This document shows, piece by piece, positions 30,910 to 53,100 of a DNA stretch of 64,000 nucleotides. Source of the DNA: the human T2T-CHM13v2.0 reference genome, Homo sapiens; NCBI RefSeq assembly GCF_009914755.1, contig NC_060944.1; one strand, given 5' to 3'. The position numbers and the translations under genes are program-made. The notes below the pieces were generated by a model. The model saw only the letters and a program-made list of their open reading frames with translations, searched no databases and was not told the origin of the DNA. The first letter of the stretch is position 1. Every line of letters begins with the position of its first letter.

Positions 30910-31430
30910 TGTGTGATTTGTATAAATTAATGAACCTTTCCAGACCTCTGTGTCTTTTATCAAATAAGAGAAACACTCCTATTATTCAAGATCTAACAGG
31001 AGCGCGAGAAGACTTCCTGCAGTCCCTGGCACATAATAGCCCCCGTACAAATGCAAGCTCATGTTTAATCAAATCACCTTTTTTTTTTTTTTTTGCGTGT
31101 TTCAGGCTCACTCTTCATTCAAAGAGGGTTCAGAGACACACAGTAGCACATAAATTAGAACAGCACAACAGAGATTTGGAAAGAGTGAGAAAGGAGAGAC
31201 AAAGGGAATGAAAACCAGGGTCAGGTTTTCCATGAAATGGACCGGAGGTGAGGCTGGGGTACAGAACGTCCACCGTGCAGCCCCGAGCACTAGCCAGAGG
31301 GGCTGGGCTGCCTGGGCTCCAAGATCCTGCCTTGGACACTGTGCACACGTCCAAGCATGTCCCCGGGGTTCTTGGCCACATTCTGGGCTTATGTAAAGTT
31401 ACAAGACAGACCTGATGCACCTTATACCTC
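30910..31430 (+). repeat. Ancient direct paralog of ~10800-11300
   Basis: Same collinear blocks as 10800-11300. Confidence 0.7.
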
Positions 31431-31454
31431 AAAGCTCCTAAACTTAAAAATGTA

Positions 31455-31744
31455 GCCTGGCGTGGTGGCTCATGCCTGTAATCCCAGCATTTTGGGAGGC
31501 TGAGGCTGGCGGATCACGAGGTCAGGAGATCGAGACCATCCTGGCGAGCACCGTGAAACCCCGTCTCTAGTGAAAATACAAAAAAAAATTAGTCGGGCAT
31601 GGTGGCAGGCGCCTATAGTCCCAGCTACTCAGGAGGCTGAGGCAGCAGAATGGCATGAACCCAGGGGGTGGAGCTTGTAGTGAGCGGAGATCACGTCACT
31701 GCACTCCAGCCTAGGTGACAGAGTGAGACTCCGTCTCAAAAAAA
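31455..31744 (+). mobile_element. AluY
   Basis: GAATGGCATGAACCC and GGAGCTTG diagnostics. Confidence 0.92.
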
Positions 31745-32493
31745 TATATATATACATGAATAAATATCTTCTATATCTGTATATCAGTTTTTGTATTCAA
31801 AGTAGCAGGCATATAATAGGGAGTAAAATATTAGTGCCCCTTACAACTTAAGGCACAAGAAGAACAATTCTAAGAAACCTAATTCCTGCACCCCAACCTT
31901 GATCCTGTGAACCAGGCCTCTGAGAGTTCCTGGTAGTTTTCCTCTGTCCCCCTTAGAAGGTCTCTGGAGGGACTTGGGGGAATTCTACGGTGACCATGCT
32001 TCTTGGGGGTATGCTGACTGGAGGAGTCAGTGCCTAGAAGTGAACACAACTGGTGGGAAGCGTTCCCCTTCCTGTTTATTTCTGTACCAGCTTGTCACCT
32101 CTGTTATTGTGCCCCTCTTCTCCTTCTCATCCACTCCACAGTTTTGATGCCATTTTGTGCCCTAACCCTCACCACCCCCGGCTGTGTTCCAGCCTCTAGG
32201 AGACAATCAATGGTTCTTTCCTCTAGAAAATAATAATGCAACCATGGTGGTGTGTCTGAATTATATGGTATGTGCAGGAGGTGCTTTTAAAATATGTTGA
32301 TACTTAGAACCCTTCCCTAGCGATTCTTATTTAATTGTGCTGGTGTTAACTGGTATAGACTTTTAAAAAAATCAACCCGATTGATTCTATTTTATAGCTT
32401 GGGTCAAGAAATACTATCCCAGAGCAAAATAGACACAATAAGCAGCTTGTATACCACCTCCCTCTTGCAAGACAGACATCTCTAATCAATCAC

Positions 32494-33660
32494 TGTGCTT
32501 GGCAGAATTCTAAGATGAGCCCCATGATCTCTGTCCCTTGGTGTTATACCTTGAATAATCTCCTTCCCTTCAGTCTGTGGAGAACTGGTGACTTGCTTCT
32601 GGTCAACAGAACATGGCAAAGGTGATGCGCTGTCATTCCCTTCATAAGGTTATGTTATTTTCAGGCGGGAAAGAGACTCCCCAGCTGGCCTTGAAGAAGC
32701 AAGCAGCCATGTTGTGAGCTGCTTCCCAAGCAAGTCACAGGGCAGAGAGCTGCAGGCACCTCTAGGGACCTGAGGGCTGACCACCTGTAAGCAACTGGAG
32801 TCCTCAGCCGCACAACCAAAGGGACATAAATTCTGCTGATCATCATGTCAGTGAGCCTGGAAGTGGATTCTTCCCTAGTTGAGTCTCCAGTTGAGAACTC
32901 AGCCCAGTGAGGCCTTGGTTGCATGCCAGTGAGACCCTAAGCAAAGAACCCAATGAAGTTGTGCCCAGACCCCTGACCCATGGAATCTGTGAGATAATAA
33001 ATGAGTGTTGTTTTAAGCTGTTAGATTTGTGGCAATTTGTTATACAGCATACTATATGGATACAGTAATGAACGTCATCACCTAGGACAGGAGGAGGCCC
33101 TGCAGTCTTTAGCACTCCAGTCCAAGAAGCTATGACCACTAGCTAAATGTGGCCTCTGAGATGAAATCTGTTGAAATTTGTATTAGTTTCCCATTGTTGC
33201 TATAACAAATTACTGCAAACTGAGTGGCTTAAACAATACGCATGTATTATCTTACAATTCTGGAGGTCAGAAGCTTGAAATGGGCCTCAAAGGGCTGAAA
33301 TCAATGTTGGCCGAGCTGTAGTCCTTTCTGGAGGCCCTAGAGGAGAACCTATTTTCTTGCTTTTTCCAGCTCCTGGAGGCTCCTCACAGTCCTAGGCTCA
33401 TGGCCCCTTCCTCCATCCTCAAAGCTGGCAATGGCAGGCCATGTCTCCCTCAAACCACATCACATCACTCTGACATTGCTGCCTCTTCTGTCTCTCTCTT
33501 CACTTTTGAAGACCCTTGTGACTGGCTACATTGACCCAACTGATAATCCAGGATACTTCTCCTGTCTTAAGGCTTAATTAATTCCCCTTTGCTATGTAAC
33601 TGAACATACTCAAGGATTTCAGAGATTAGGACACGGACTTTTGGGGTGCCTTCTGCAGCA
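32494..33660. mobile_element. Two adjacent MLT1 LTRs (~32494-33065 and ~33178-33660)
   Basis: GGCAGAATTCTAAGATG...TTTTAAGCTG and TGTATTAGTTTCCCATTGTTGCTATAACAAATTAC. Confidence 0.75.
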
Positions 33661-34010
33661 CCCCAACCCTGAATAAAGAATGTACTCATCATCCCCCTTT
33701 CACTGCATAACCCCTGCCCCCAGAGGGCTTGGCCTGCAGCTTTATGCCTGTTGTCCTGGCATAATCATTAGCAGCACCTCACTTCTCCAAAATGTCTATA
33801 AACTGTATAGTCCACCCTTTTTGAGTACTAGAAGTTCTCAATATAGCCAATGATTCCTTAATGACATCAATATCCAGTTAATGCTGCATTCCTCTGATGG
33901 TTCCAAGTGATTTTTTTAATTTTCAAATCAGGACCCAAATAAGCTTTCATCCCAATTTGTTGATATGTTTCTACAGTCTCTTAATCTGTAATCAATAATC
34001 CCTTTCAATA

Positions 34011-35273
<1,263 letters not shown>

Positions 35274-36690
35274 TAAATGGATAGCTATGCCCAGAGGCTA
35301 GATTATGTTCAAGTTTGATTAGTTTTTTTTTTTTTTGGAAGTGGGGAAACAAAAGTACTTCCTAGGAGGAGTGATCTACACCCATCGGGAGCATATCCTG
35401 CCTGTCTCTCCTTTTCTGATGTTTGGAGCCATATACAGCTACTGCCTAAATCTGTTAACTTAATCAGGGGTCACAACATAGCAATATTTTAATTCTATCA
35501 ATTCTTCACTTATTACTTGGAGCTATAATGCTTTTATAAAGATACATTTTTCTTCACTGCTTGGTTATCATGTGGTATAGTTTGTATAAGAAAAGCAGGA
35601 AGATGATTGAACCTTTTTTTTTTTAAATCAATTTCCAAAATATTGAGTTGGATCCTTAAAACATGATCAATGAGGTTTTTTTTAGTAAAATTATGGTTTT
35701 TTAATTTAAACATTGTATGTGTGTCTCCATTCATGGCAGTTATCACTGTTAGTGGTTGCTTACCTTAGCCTGTCTTTGGTGGGATTTATCCAAGTTGACA
35801 CCTGGGTCTCTCAGATACCACCTTAGTAGGCTTTGATAATGTCCTCACTTCCTGTTATGATAAAATGCTCCAAGATTATCTGGAACATTTCTTGCCTGAG
35901 ACAAATAATCAGTTATTTCTCTAAGGAATCCTGGTTCCTTTTAGAGAAAAATGAAGTAGCGACCACAATCTATGTGCTGGGAGTATGCATTGCTACTGCA
36001 GTGGTCATTGTTTCTAGGCCTTGTCAGAGGATAAAACTAGGAAATATATATATATATATATATATGATAAAATATATCCTGAGTTTATGCTGATCCTTTA
36101 TAATTAGATTCAGAATTCTTGGGACTTACTGAACCTCATTGATCTCACGTCTGCATCTTCTTCCTCCTACTCTAAAGACTTCAGCGGCCAGTGGCAAAGT
36201 AATTATCCCATTGCTTTCTCCTGCAATCTACCCAAGACACTGCCACAATGGAACACAGCATTACCAGCAAAATCAGTGTCACTAAAATCAGTTTAGGTTT
36301 TTTTTTCATGTTCTTTTTGATTTAACTTACTAGGAACATACAGTCAAATATCTGTGTTTTAAAGTCAACCGGGAGAGTCCCTATGTCTGGCTATTCTACC
36401 AACGATACAGTGTTAAGTTTAGTTGTTTCAGCTTGACTGCAATTATTAGGGATTGCTTTTAAAAAATGTATATAATTTCATTACTATTTATGAATTAATC
36501 TTATATAATTAGAACTGATTTTACATAATTATGTCAAAATATTTGCATGGCTCTAGAGTCATGTTTACTGACAGGATATACCCTGAGCAGTCCGGCTCCC
36601 ATTCCTGCCCCTTCTACACTGGTCCTTGACTCTTTCTGCAAGTAGATATATTTTAAACATTTTTGGTTTATTCTTCCTTTTAAAAAGATA

Positions 36691-37335
<645 letters not shown>

Positions 37336-37386
37336 CACGTGCGCACACACACACACACACACACATATTTATATCCCACCTTCTTA

Positions 37387-37702
<316 letters not shown>

Positions 37703-38017
37703 ATACCATACATACTTTCTCCCACTTGGCATTTTTCAATGAATAACACTGGAGTCACTCCATAGCTATATGTAAAAACACTCATTCCTTTTTCTGCTGA
37801 ATGATCCTCCATTGTGTGGGTGTACCATAGTATATTCAACCAGTCCCCTCTTCATGGGCATTTAAATTGTTTCCAGGTATTGCCAAAAAAAGAAAGCTGC
37901 AGCGATTAGCCTTATACAAATACCTTTTTATATTTTTGCCCATGAATCTTTAGAATGAACTCTTAGAAGTGGGATTGTTCGGTTAAAGGATAAAATGAAT
38001 ATACCATTTTTTCTTTA

Positions 38018-38326
<309 letters not shown>

Positions 38327-38842
38327 TAGAAATGCTTTCTCATTCTATTTTTCTTTCCCACCAGTGATGTATAGGAATGTCTGTTTCACAGTGTTTTCAA
38401 CAGAGAATGAAGTCCAACTTTTGGATATGAGACAAATGGACTAAAGAGAAATGGTATATTAATTTTAATCAGGATTTCTCTTCTTCTGAACAAGCTTGGG
38501 CCACATTGTTTATTGAGGGCCATTTGCAATTTTTGGTGCCTATTCTTAAGCTCCTTCTGTTGTATAACCATCATCCTTCTCCCCTGCATATACTATTTCA
38601 CCCCCAGTGCAGACCTGTCATCTAGGTGTTGGGATGACTCACATGCTGGATTCGGGTAGTTGCTTCCTTGGGCTGCAACTTAAACCTTCCCTGTGTATTC
38701 TGCAGCTTGTAGAGATATGTAGATCAGAAGTTTATTAGAGGCAACTCACTTTGGTTTTGTTTTTTGTTTTTTAAAGTCTGAGGCACAGCAATAGCATTTA
38801 TTTAATTCATATTATTCTATAGGTAATTTTAATGACATTTTT

Positions 38843-39147
<305 letters not shown>

Positions 39148-39234
39148 TCATAAATCTTGAAGTGTGAAGAACTAATTGTCCCTAATCATTAAATATTAGT
39201 GATTATTACCAGATCTATTTATTTTTTAATTAAA

Positions 39235-39903
39235 TTTTTTTTTATTTCCATAGGTTATTGGGGAAAAGGTGGTGTTTGGTTACATAAGTAAGTTCTTTAG
39301 TGGCGATGTGTGAGATTTTGGTGCACCCATCGCCCCAGCAGTATACACTGCACCCTGCACCCTATTTGTAGTCTTTAATCCCTCACCCCCTTCCCACCCT
39401 TTCCCCCTGAGTCCTCCAAGTCCACTGTGTCATTCTTAAGCCTTTGCATCCTGATAGCCTAGCGCCTACTTAGGAGTGAGAACATATAATAGTTGGTTTT
39501 CCATCCCTGAGTTACTTCACATAGAATAACAGTCTCCAGTCTTATCAAGGTCTCTGTGAATGCCATTCGTTCGTTCCTTTCGATAGCTGAGTAGTATTCC
39601 ATTATATATATATATATATATATGTGTTTCTTTATCCACTTGTTGATTGATAGGCATTTGTGTTGGTTACACGTTTTTGCAATTGCAAATTGTGCTGCTA
39701 TAAACATGCGTGTGCGAGTATCTTTTTTGGATAATGACTTGTTTTCCTCTGGGTAGATGGCCAGCAGTGGGATTGCTGGATCAAATGGTAGATCTACTTT
39801 TAGTTCTTTAAGGAACCTCCGCATTGTTTTCCATAGTGGTTGTGCTAGTTTACTTTCCCACCAGCGGCGTAGAAGTGTTCCCTGTTCACCGCATCCATGC
39901 CAC
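39235..39903 (-). mobile_element. L1PB-like 3' end
   Basis: Antisense 3'UTR. ORF 39459-39824 matches the ORF2 C-terminus ([10 protein letters not shown]). Confidence 0.85.
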
Positions 39904-42224
39904 TTTGTAGGGCATCTTTCCTAGGTGGGCTTTGCCCCACAGGGCGTGTGGCTACGTCATTTCACCTTCAGTGATGCTGAACATGAGCAGTTGGTTCGCA
40001 CATTGGTGGCCTGGGCCTGATGGAGCCAGTGTCATGGTCCCACCAACATTTCACTTCCACAATTGAGCATCCATTGATAACTCTCACCTAGATCTGTCAT
40101 TCTCTTTGAAATCATTAGCCAGCATTCTCTCTTACCACCAATTTGGTTACCCTGAGATTTTCATATAGGAAAGTCCAGATAAATATCTTATTCTTTCTTG
40201 TTATTTATCATTTTTCAGAATAATGCAATGAAGGATAGTATTTAGAGGGTAAAATCTGGGTGTTAGGTGTGTGCTCACTTTAAAATACTGCCAAGTTGTA
40301 TTTTTCTAAAGCATTTTAGTAGACAGAGAATGAAGAAAATATCAAAAAATATCAATTTAACCTCATAATATTTTTTAAAATATTTCTATATTTAAAATAT
40401 TGATATGTTGATATTAATTGATATTTTCAAGTTCAACTGTAAGATTATAAGGTATTCCTCAATTTCTTTAACATTTTCACTTCTTTTCTCTTTAGGCTGA
40501 AAATCTTGGTTCCTAACAACATTAATATAATCACTTGCTTGATCCTGTAACTGTTTCAAAATAACCATGCCAATCATAACTCATTTTAAAATTTTTAGGT
40601 GTTTTCCTTTTTAGAATACGTCCTATTAGGCATAGCTCACAAAAACTGTGTTTTTAAAGTCAGTTGAACCCGTGATACTTTCCATGTGGTGATGCTACCA
40701 CCAGTCTGATAGAATTTTAGATTCATTTGTTTCTTTTTGTTTTCAAATTTCAGATTGCTTTTCTACTACCCATATTTAATATTGCTTTGTAGTTATACAA
40801 AAACATGTACATGGTTCCAAAACCAACGTTATATAAAAATTACATTCAGAGAAGTTTGCATCCTCCCTGTGTCCTCCACTCCAATCCATCGCTCTGCCAC
40901 AATTCGCCATTTACTAGATTTTGGCTGGTCTTTCCACTGCTTATTTTCATGATGCAAGGGACTAAGTAAATCCATTTATATTTCTCTTTTGCATGATTCC
41001 TTTTATATTTTTCCAGTATTTCTTTGGAGAGAGTCTTAGAAGTAAGATCAATTGGCAAAGAATAAATGCGCATGGAATTTTCCGGTGAGTTGCCAAGTTC
41101 CACTCTATTAGGGATTTGCATTCTCACCAGACGGATAAAAGACTGACTGTTTCTACACAGTGTGCAATCCAAGTACTGAGATTTTTTCAATTTAATAAGT
41201 GGCCATTTTAAGTTGTATTTCTCATATTATTAATAAAGATGAGCATGTTTCCATACAATTGAGGGCCATTTACATTTCTTTTCTTGTGGATTCTTTGTTT
41301 ATATCTTTTGCTTGATTTGAAAAATTTGATTTTTGCTCGAATTCTTCTTTGCTTATGGCTGTTTTCTGTATAATACAAATATAATGATTTTGACATTGTT
41401 CCATGTTTTATATATTAACATTTTCTTTATTTTTATAGCTGAGTAGATTTGGACATGCCACAATTTGTTTGCTTGCTAGTGGTTGGAGATTTGAATTGCT
41501 TCCAATTTGGGGCTATTAGGAATAATTCTGAACACAAGTAATTCATATACCCTTGTAAGTGTGTGTGTGTGTGTCTACGTAAGTCTTCATTTCTCCTGGG
41601 TAAGCACCTAGCAGTAGAATCACGGGGTGGGTGACTAATCCATGTCTGACTGTAAAAGGTGATCAATGAATGAATGACTGTATAAGGTGATCAATGCCTG
41701 TTTGACTGTACAAGATACTGCCATGCTATTTCCAAGGGACTACACCATTTTGCATTCTCATCAACAATGTAATGGATCTATTATTAATTTTCATAGAGTA
41801 ACACAAACATATTTGCGAATTAAGTTTTGATTTCCCACACAGTATAATATCTCTATCTGTCTACACTGAATAAGCACATATGTATCTCCTGCATAAACCA
41901 AAGCTTTTTTCAATCCTCAACACATTTGAAGAGTGCAAAGTGGTCACAAGACCCCACTATTAGGAACTTCTCTTTCAGAGCAGCATTTAGAGATGGAAGG
42001 TGTCTGTTTTCTAGCAGCCGCGAGGGGTACCCATGATCACTTCTGCGTTTCTCTAACTGAGCAAAGTTCATTTTAAAGGACACAAATCCTCAAAGACTCC
42101 CAGAACACGTCCCAGGACACCACTTGAAAAGCACCAATTCAAGAATATAAAATTCTGGACTATAAAAATCTCTTTCAGTGGTGCATTAGCACTGCTACAG
42201 TGCGATTTTGTCATTAGATGCTAA

Positions 42225-42560
<336 letters not shown>

Positions 42561-43055
42561 CTAAAGCTGTTTTTTATTGTTGCTGTTTTATATTTTTCAT
42601 CACAAACTGCAAAAGTAAAAATTTTCTACTGCCCCTCCTATCCCCAATATTCCCCCATGTCCCCAGTGGATGTGAAAATGCAAATTACAGAAATGCAAAC
42701 TTGCACAATTCAGCATCCCTAAGGTAAAAACAGACTAATTGTTCTGGAGCAACACAGCCTGTCCATACTTGCTGCAGGTCACAGCCCTCAACCCTGCTGT
42801 GTGGCAGGCAGCCCCTCCTGCACTAGGAGAGGCTGGGAGACCTCTATCTGCAGCCCATGCATTAGTCATCCAGGACTCCACCTGGACGAGGGCAGTTCCT
42901 GAGCTGTGCAGCCTGGGCCCTCCCAGTGCGCCTGTGCTCTTGCAAATGGAGAGGGTGGCTCTGCCTGCAGCACGGGTACCATCCAAGGCCAGGGCCAGGG
43001 CCAGAGTGCACAGTGGGGAGTCCTCAAAGCAGGTGAGGACCTGAAGTATATGGGC

Positions 43056-43442
43056 TGCAGGGCAGGCAAACCCCGAAACTGGGGCTTAGCCTGAAAAGGT
43101 CTGGCTTTACCCAGGAAAGAATTCAGGGCTGAGCTGGAGGCGTAGTGCTAAGCTCTGTGACTGCTCCTACACAGCAGGTCTACCCACCAGGCAGTGTGTG
43201 GAAAGCAGCAGCTGTGGGGCAGTGGTGCCGCCATATTTATACCCACTTTTAATTACATGCAAAGTAAGGGGCGGGTTATTTAGAAATTTCTAGAAAAAGG
43301 GTGATAACGTCCAAGTGTTGCCATGGCAACGGTAAACTGTCATTGTGCTGGTGGGCGAGTCTCATGCAAATGAGCTTTTGCCTGTTCCATGTTTCAGCCA
43401 GTCTTCACTCTGGTTGGGAGTCAAGTCCCGCCTCCTATATCG
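43056..43442 (-). mobile_element. MER66-like ERV1 LTR, present in arm A only
   Basis: Minus strand ...AGGAGGCGGGACTTGACTCC...GTTGCCATGGCAAC...GCCTGCCCTGCA. Absent from arm B near 54480. Confidence 0.7.
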
Positions 43443-43599
43443 CATTCATACTCAGCAGCTTTAGGCGCTGAGTTGGATAGAGGGCGACAGAAGCTCAGAA
43501 CAGCACACACACTAGGGCAGAGGTGCAGAGAGGTGCGGTGCAGAGGGGCTGGGTGGTGGGTGAGGGGGATCTGGGCAGGAAGTTGTTCCCGCCAGGCTA

Positions 43600-44080
43600 G
43601 AGCGCAGGTCACCCAGGGTCCCGGCTCCACCCGGGTGGGCGCTGCAGGCTCTGAGCCGTGGCTCAGTCCGAGGGTCACTCACCCACCTCAGGGGAACTGG
43701 ACGAGCCCCAGGTGACAGGAAGCTCTGTGCACACCTGGTGCCTGGCCAACCTGTAACATTTGAACATTTCAATATCCATTTCTATTTTTTTAAAACAAGC
43801 ATCACCTTCTGTCAGCCATTAATATAGAATCACTATGGAGCGATGACTACATAACATTTCCACGACTTTTGGAAAGTTCCCATGAGTTTGGAAAGAGCCA
43901 CCCAAGGAATCTCCTCTCCCGAGTTTGCAGCCCGCGCCTTCTGCCGGGCGTTTGGCGCATTTCTTCCAGAGAATACGGATCCGAATTATTCCAGAGGAGC
44001 CTCGGCCGCAGTCTCTCCAGCCGCCGCCAGAGGGAAACCTGATCCCATGCAGGATTCCTAGGGGCTCCCAGAGAAGCCCT
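43600..44080. promoter_or_regulatory. CpG-retaining candidate regulatory core, arm A
   Basis: CpG cluster, CTCF-like 44006-44038, kB-like 43871-43881, minus-strand donor 43677-43682. Conserved in arm B. Confidence 0.5.
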
Positions 44081-44465
44081 AGGCTGTGCTGCTGCCTGCT
44101 GGTTCTGGGAATGGGTGAGCCTTGGGAGAGCAAAGAGAATAGAAAGTAATTCTCCATGTGTCTTCCTCCAGCTCCAATCTAGTTTAAAACCATCCCCCTA
44201 TAGCCTGCTTTTTTTCCTTAAAGAATCTTCAAGCAAATCCCAGACTTTGTATGGCTTCACTTGTAAATAATTAAGTATATCTCCCCTCAAGAAAAGACTT
44301 CTTACATACTTTACGTAAACAACTTTTCCATCCTCAAACCTCACAAAATTGCCGTCAATCCCCTGCTATCATATGATGACCAGTTTTCAGCTTTTACGGC
44401 TTCTTGGAGATCTCGTAAATGCCTCCTGGCAACCGATTTGCTCAAACTCATTTCCAGACAAGACC

Positions 44466-45239
<774 letters not shown>

Positions 45240-45309
45240 TTATGTTTGTTGGATAATATATTTCTAAAGAGTTTTTTACGTACGGGGTTCCTTCCTTCCT
45301 TTGTTTTCT

Positions 45310-45620
45310 TTCTTTCTTTTTTCTTTTTTTTTGACAGAGTCTTCCTGTGTTCCTTGGGCTCCCAGGCTGGTGTGTGGTGATGTGATCTCAGCTTGCTGCA
45401 ACCTCCACTTCCCAGGCTCAAGTGATCCTTCCACCATAACCTCCCCAATAGCTGGGACTACAGGCGCACACCAACATGCATGGCTAATTTTAGTAGTTTT
45501 TGTAGAGACAGGGGTTAACCATGTTGCCCAGGCTGGTCTTGAACTCCTGGGCTCAAGGGATCCGCTCACCTCAGCCTCCCAAACTGCTGGAATTACAGGC
45601 ATGGGCCACCTCGCCTTGCC
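45310..45620 (-). mobile_element. AluJ
   Basis: CTCCTGGGCTCAAG diagnostic. Confidence 0.88.
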
Positions 45621-48249
45621 CCTTCCTTTCTTCATTGCTGTTTGTTTGCTCATTTGTTAGCTGTTGGGGTTTTTGTGTTATTTTGTTTTCAGTATGACAT
45701 TTATTTGGTGAGGACATTTCACACTTACGTTAGAGGGCACCTGGCTGTGAGATAACCGCCCCAACACCCCTGTATTCCTGGGAACTGGTCCTCATCAGCG
45801 CCAGGTTGGGTCCTCTGGGAAAGCCTGCAGATGGATCAGGGGTGCATTCCTGTTGCTCCACCCAGAGGCAGGAGGGTCAGGCTGTGTCTCTCTGGGCTGC
45901 TGTGATTGTCAGTGCAGTCGGATCCTTCATCATCTGTTCACCGTCCATGTTGCTGCTCATGGGGTGAGCAGCCATTCATGAACATTGCCAAGTTCCTTCC
46001 TTCCTTTCACAAGAAATTGCAAAATGGTGACGTTCTATTTGTACCATTCCTTCAGTATTTGTAAGCCAGATTCTTCTATTTATAATAACAGGAAGAACGT
46101 TTCCTCATCAATATTTGGTTTTTCTGGTATATGGTTTGGATAGGAAAGGCGGGATCAATGCTTTTCATTCCTTCAAGCTGCATCATAAAAAGGTGGTGTT
46201 CGAGCATTTTGAAAGCCCTTTTTAAAATTACAAACTCACATTCTTTTCTAAAATTGATGTGTTTCAGTCACCTGCCACCGTCATTCTTCTGGATGGTCCA
46301 TGCCCTCACTCAGGCCAGGGGAGCCTCTCCAGGTCAGCTCCTGCACCCTCAGGCCAGCACCCCAGAGGTAGAGAGTGTCCTTGCCTCCTGGTCGACAAGA
46401 TGCTCCTGGCTTAGCTTATGCATTTACTGCCCCAGAGTGGAATCAGCCCTTTCTTCCAGGAGACCTGGTCCAGATCTGTGGGTTCAGTGAGGGTGGAATA
46501 GAGACAGTGAGGCACCCCCAGCCCGAAGCACCTGGCAGAGAACAGACTGCTACAAACAGATGATCATACATTAATCAAATTGCCGTCGTTACACACTCAC
46601 TCAAACTCCTTCCTGCACAGAAAAGGCTTCAGAGCCTCACCATGGTCCCTGAATTTCAGCAGCAGAACAGAGATTTGCAGTGGGTGAGACAGGGAAGGCA
46701 CAGAGGGTGAAACAAGAATCTGGGCAGGAAGGGGTCCCAGGTGTGAGGCTGCTGCGTGGCCTGCCAGCTCCAGTCCCAGGCCCTCTTGTGGGTCCCTGAG
46801 TCCCAGTACCTCTGACTGGGCTGTCACCACCAGGGCCCTTGGCTGGGTGCTGGCCACCTGTGAGGCCACGGATGAACCTTGGGCTCTCCTCACTTGTAGT
46901 AGGAAAATAATTGGAACACCACTGTTCTTCCCAATACCCAAATCCACATCCATACAGTTGAGAAGAAAACTTCCATTTCTAAGGGTGAAGTAAAGGACCG
47001 TGGATAGATGTTGGATTGCACCATACAGGGGGCTGCCCTCCTCTTCCTTTGCAGCATCCTCACTAGCCTCCCGCATTCTCAGTGGGATTGTGTCTCAATG
47101 TTGGAGAGCTCTGGAGGACATTTTGTCCAGCAAGCGCCAAGGGAAAATATAATTTAGGGAATTATCAATGCCCATGAGAATCATGAAAGATAAGCAACAG
47201 TGCTGCCCAGGACAGCCACAATTCCTGCTGGATTGTGACTGTAATTGACATTCTTATCACAGGTCTCCATCACAGCTAGCTGTCATCACTGGCATTGTCC
47301 TGCTGTGTTCTAGAATCTACACAATGCATCTGCCTTGCCCCTCAAGCCCTCATTCTACCCTAAAGCTCACCATCCAACAACCAGCATCTGTGTGAGGCCA
47401 ATGCTCAGCCAAATCCACAGGCTGTGCAGTCTCAGCCTCCAGAGCTCTGCCCAGGGCACTGTCCAGCAGCCCCAGACACCTCAGCCCCAGGTGCATCTGA
47501 GCCCTCCCTCACGCTCATCACACAGCAACACCAAGCCACCTCCAACCTCTCTCCCCAGAGCCCTTGGGAAGACTCATGACCTTCCAAGTTGCACTGCAAG
47601 GGATTAGAGTGGCATCTTAATGAACCCTTTTGCTCTCTTGCACCTAGACACCTAGATGTAATTTTACACTCCAGGGCTTGTCTCCCTGGAAACACAGGTG
47701 TGATTGAGGCAAGAGCCAGCTCAGGGCAGGGAGTGCCAGAGAAACTCACACACAGGTGTTTCAGCACTGACCCAAGGCTCAGTCCTGGCCTCTCAAATTG
47801 CTGTCTGTCCCTCTGGTGGTTACCAGAAGAATTGCAGGGCTTCTGCTTTTACACCCGAGGCTCTTAAAGGGAGAAGAACCTGCAGCAGGTTCCCTGAAGG
47901 GCTGTGCAGGGGACCAGAGAGGCTTGGCTGGCAGAATATTGATGGTGCAAGCCCCTTGATCACTGACGGTGCCCCTTGTAAATGCATAAAAATGATGAAG
48001 CATTTGTGTTTTGCCTTGGGCTCAATTCTCAGCTTTTGTTTTAATATAAAAGCAATCAATTTCTCCCTGAAATCTAGTAAAATGTCCTAGGAAAATGTAT
48101 GATTTTTATGTGAGAGCTGCACTAACACCCAGCCCTCAGCTCAGGACCCTGTGATGACAGAGGCTGGCCTGGAAAGGATACAGCTGGGCTGGGAGCAGGT
48201 GTTTGCCCACCTGAGCCCTTGTCCCACTTCCAGATCCTGCCTGATTTTC

Positions 48250-49370
<1,121 letters not shown>

Positions 49371-49382
49371 AAAGGAAAGTGG

Positions 49383-53100
<3,718 letters not shown>

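Noticed and set aside
43819-44157. Similar ORFs in both arms (GGGWRDCGRG...IRILWKKCA)
   Set aside because: The similarity follows from the DNA duplication. Starts differ and indels shift the frame between arms, so there is no sign of coding constraint.
46597-47076. 159-aa minus-strand ORF in unique DNA
   Set aside because: No recognisable homology. Only the internal candidate exon is kept, as a weak finding.
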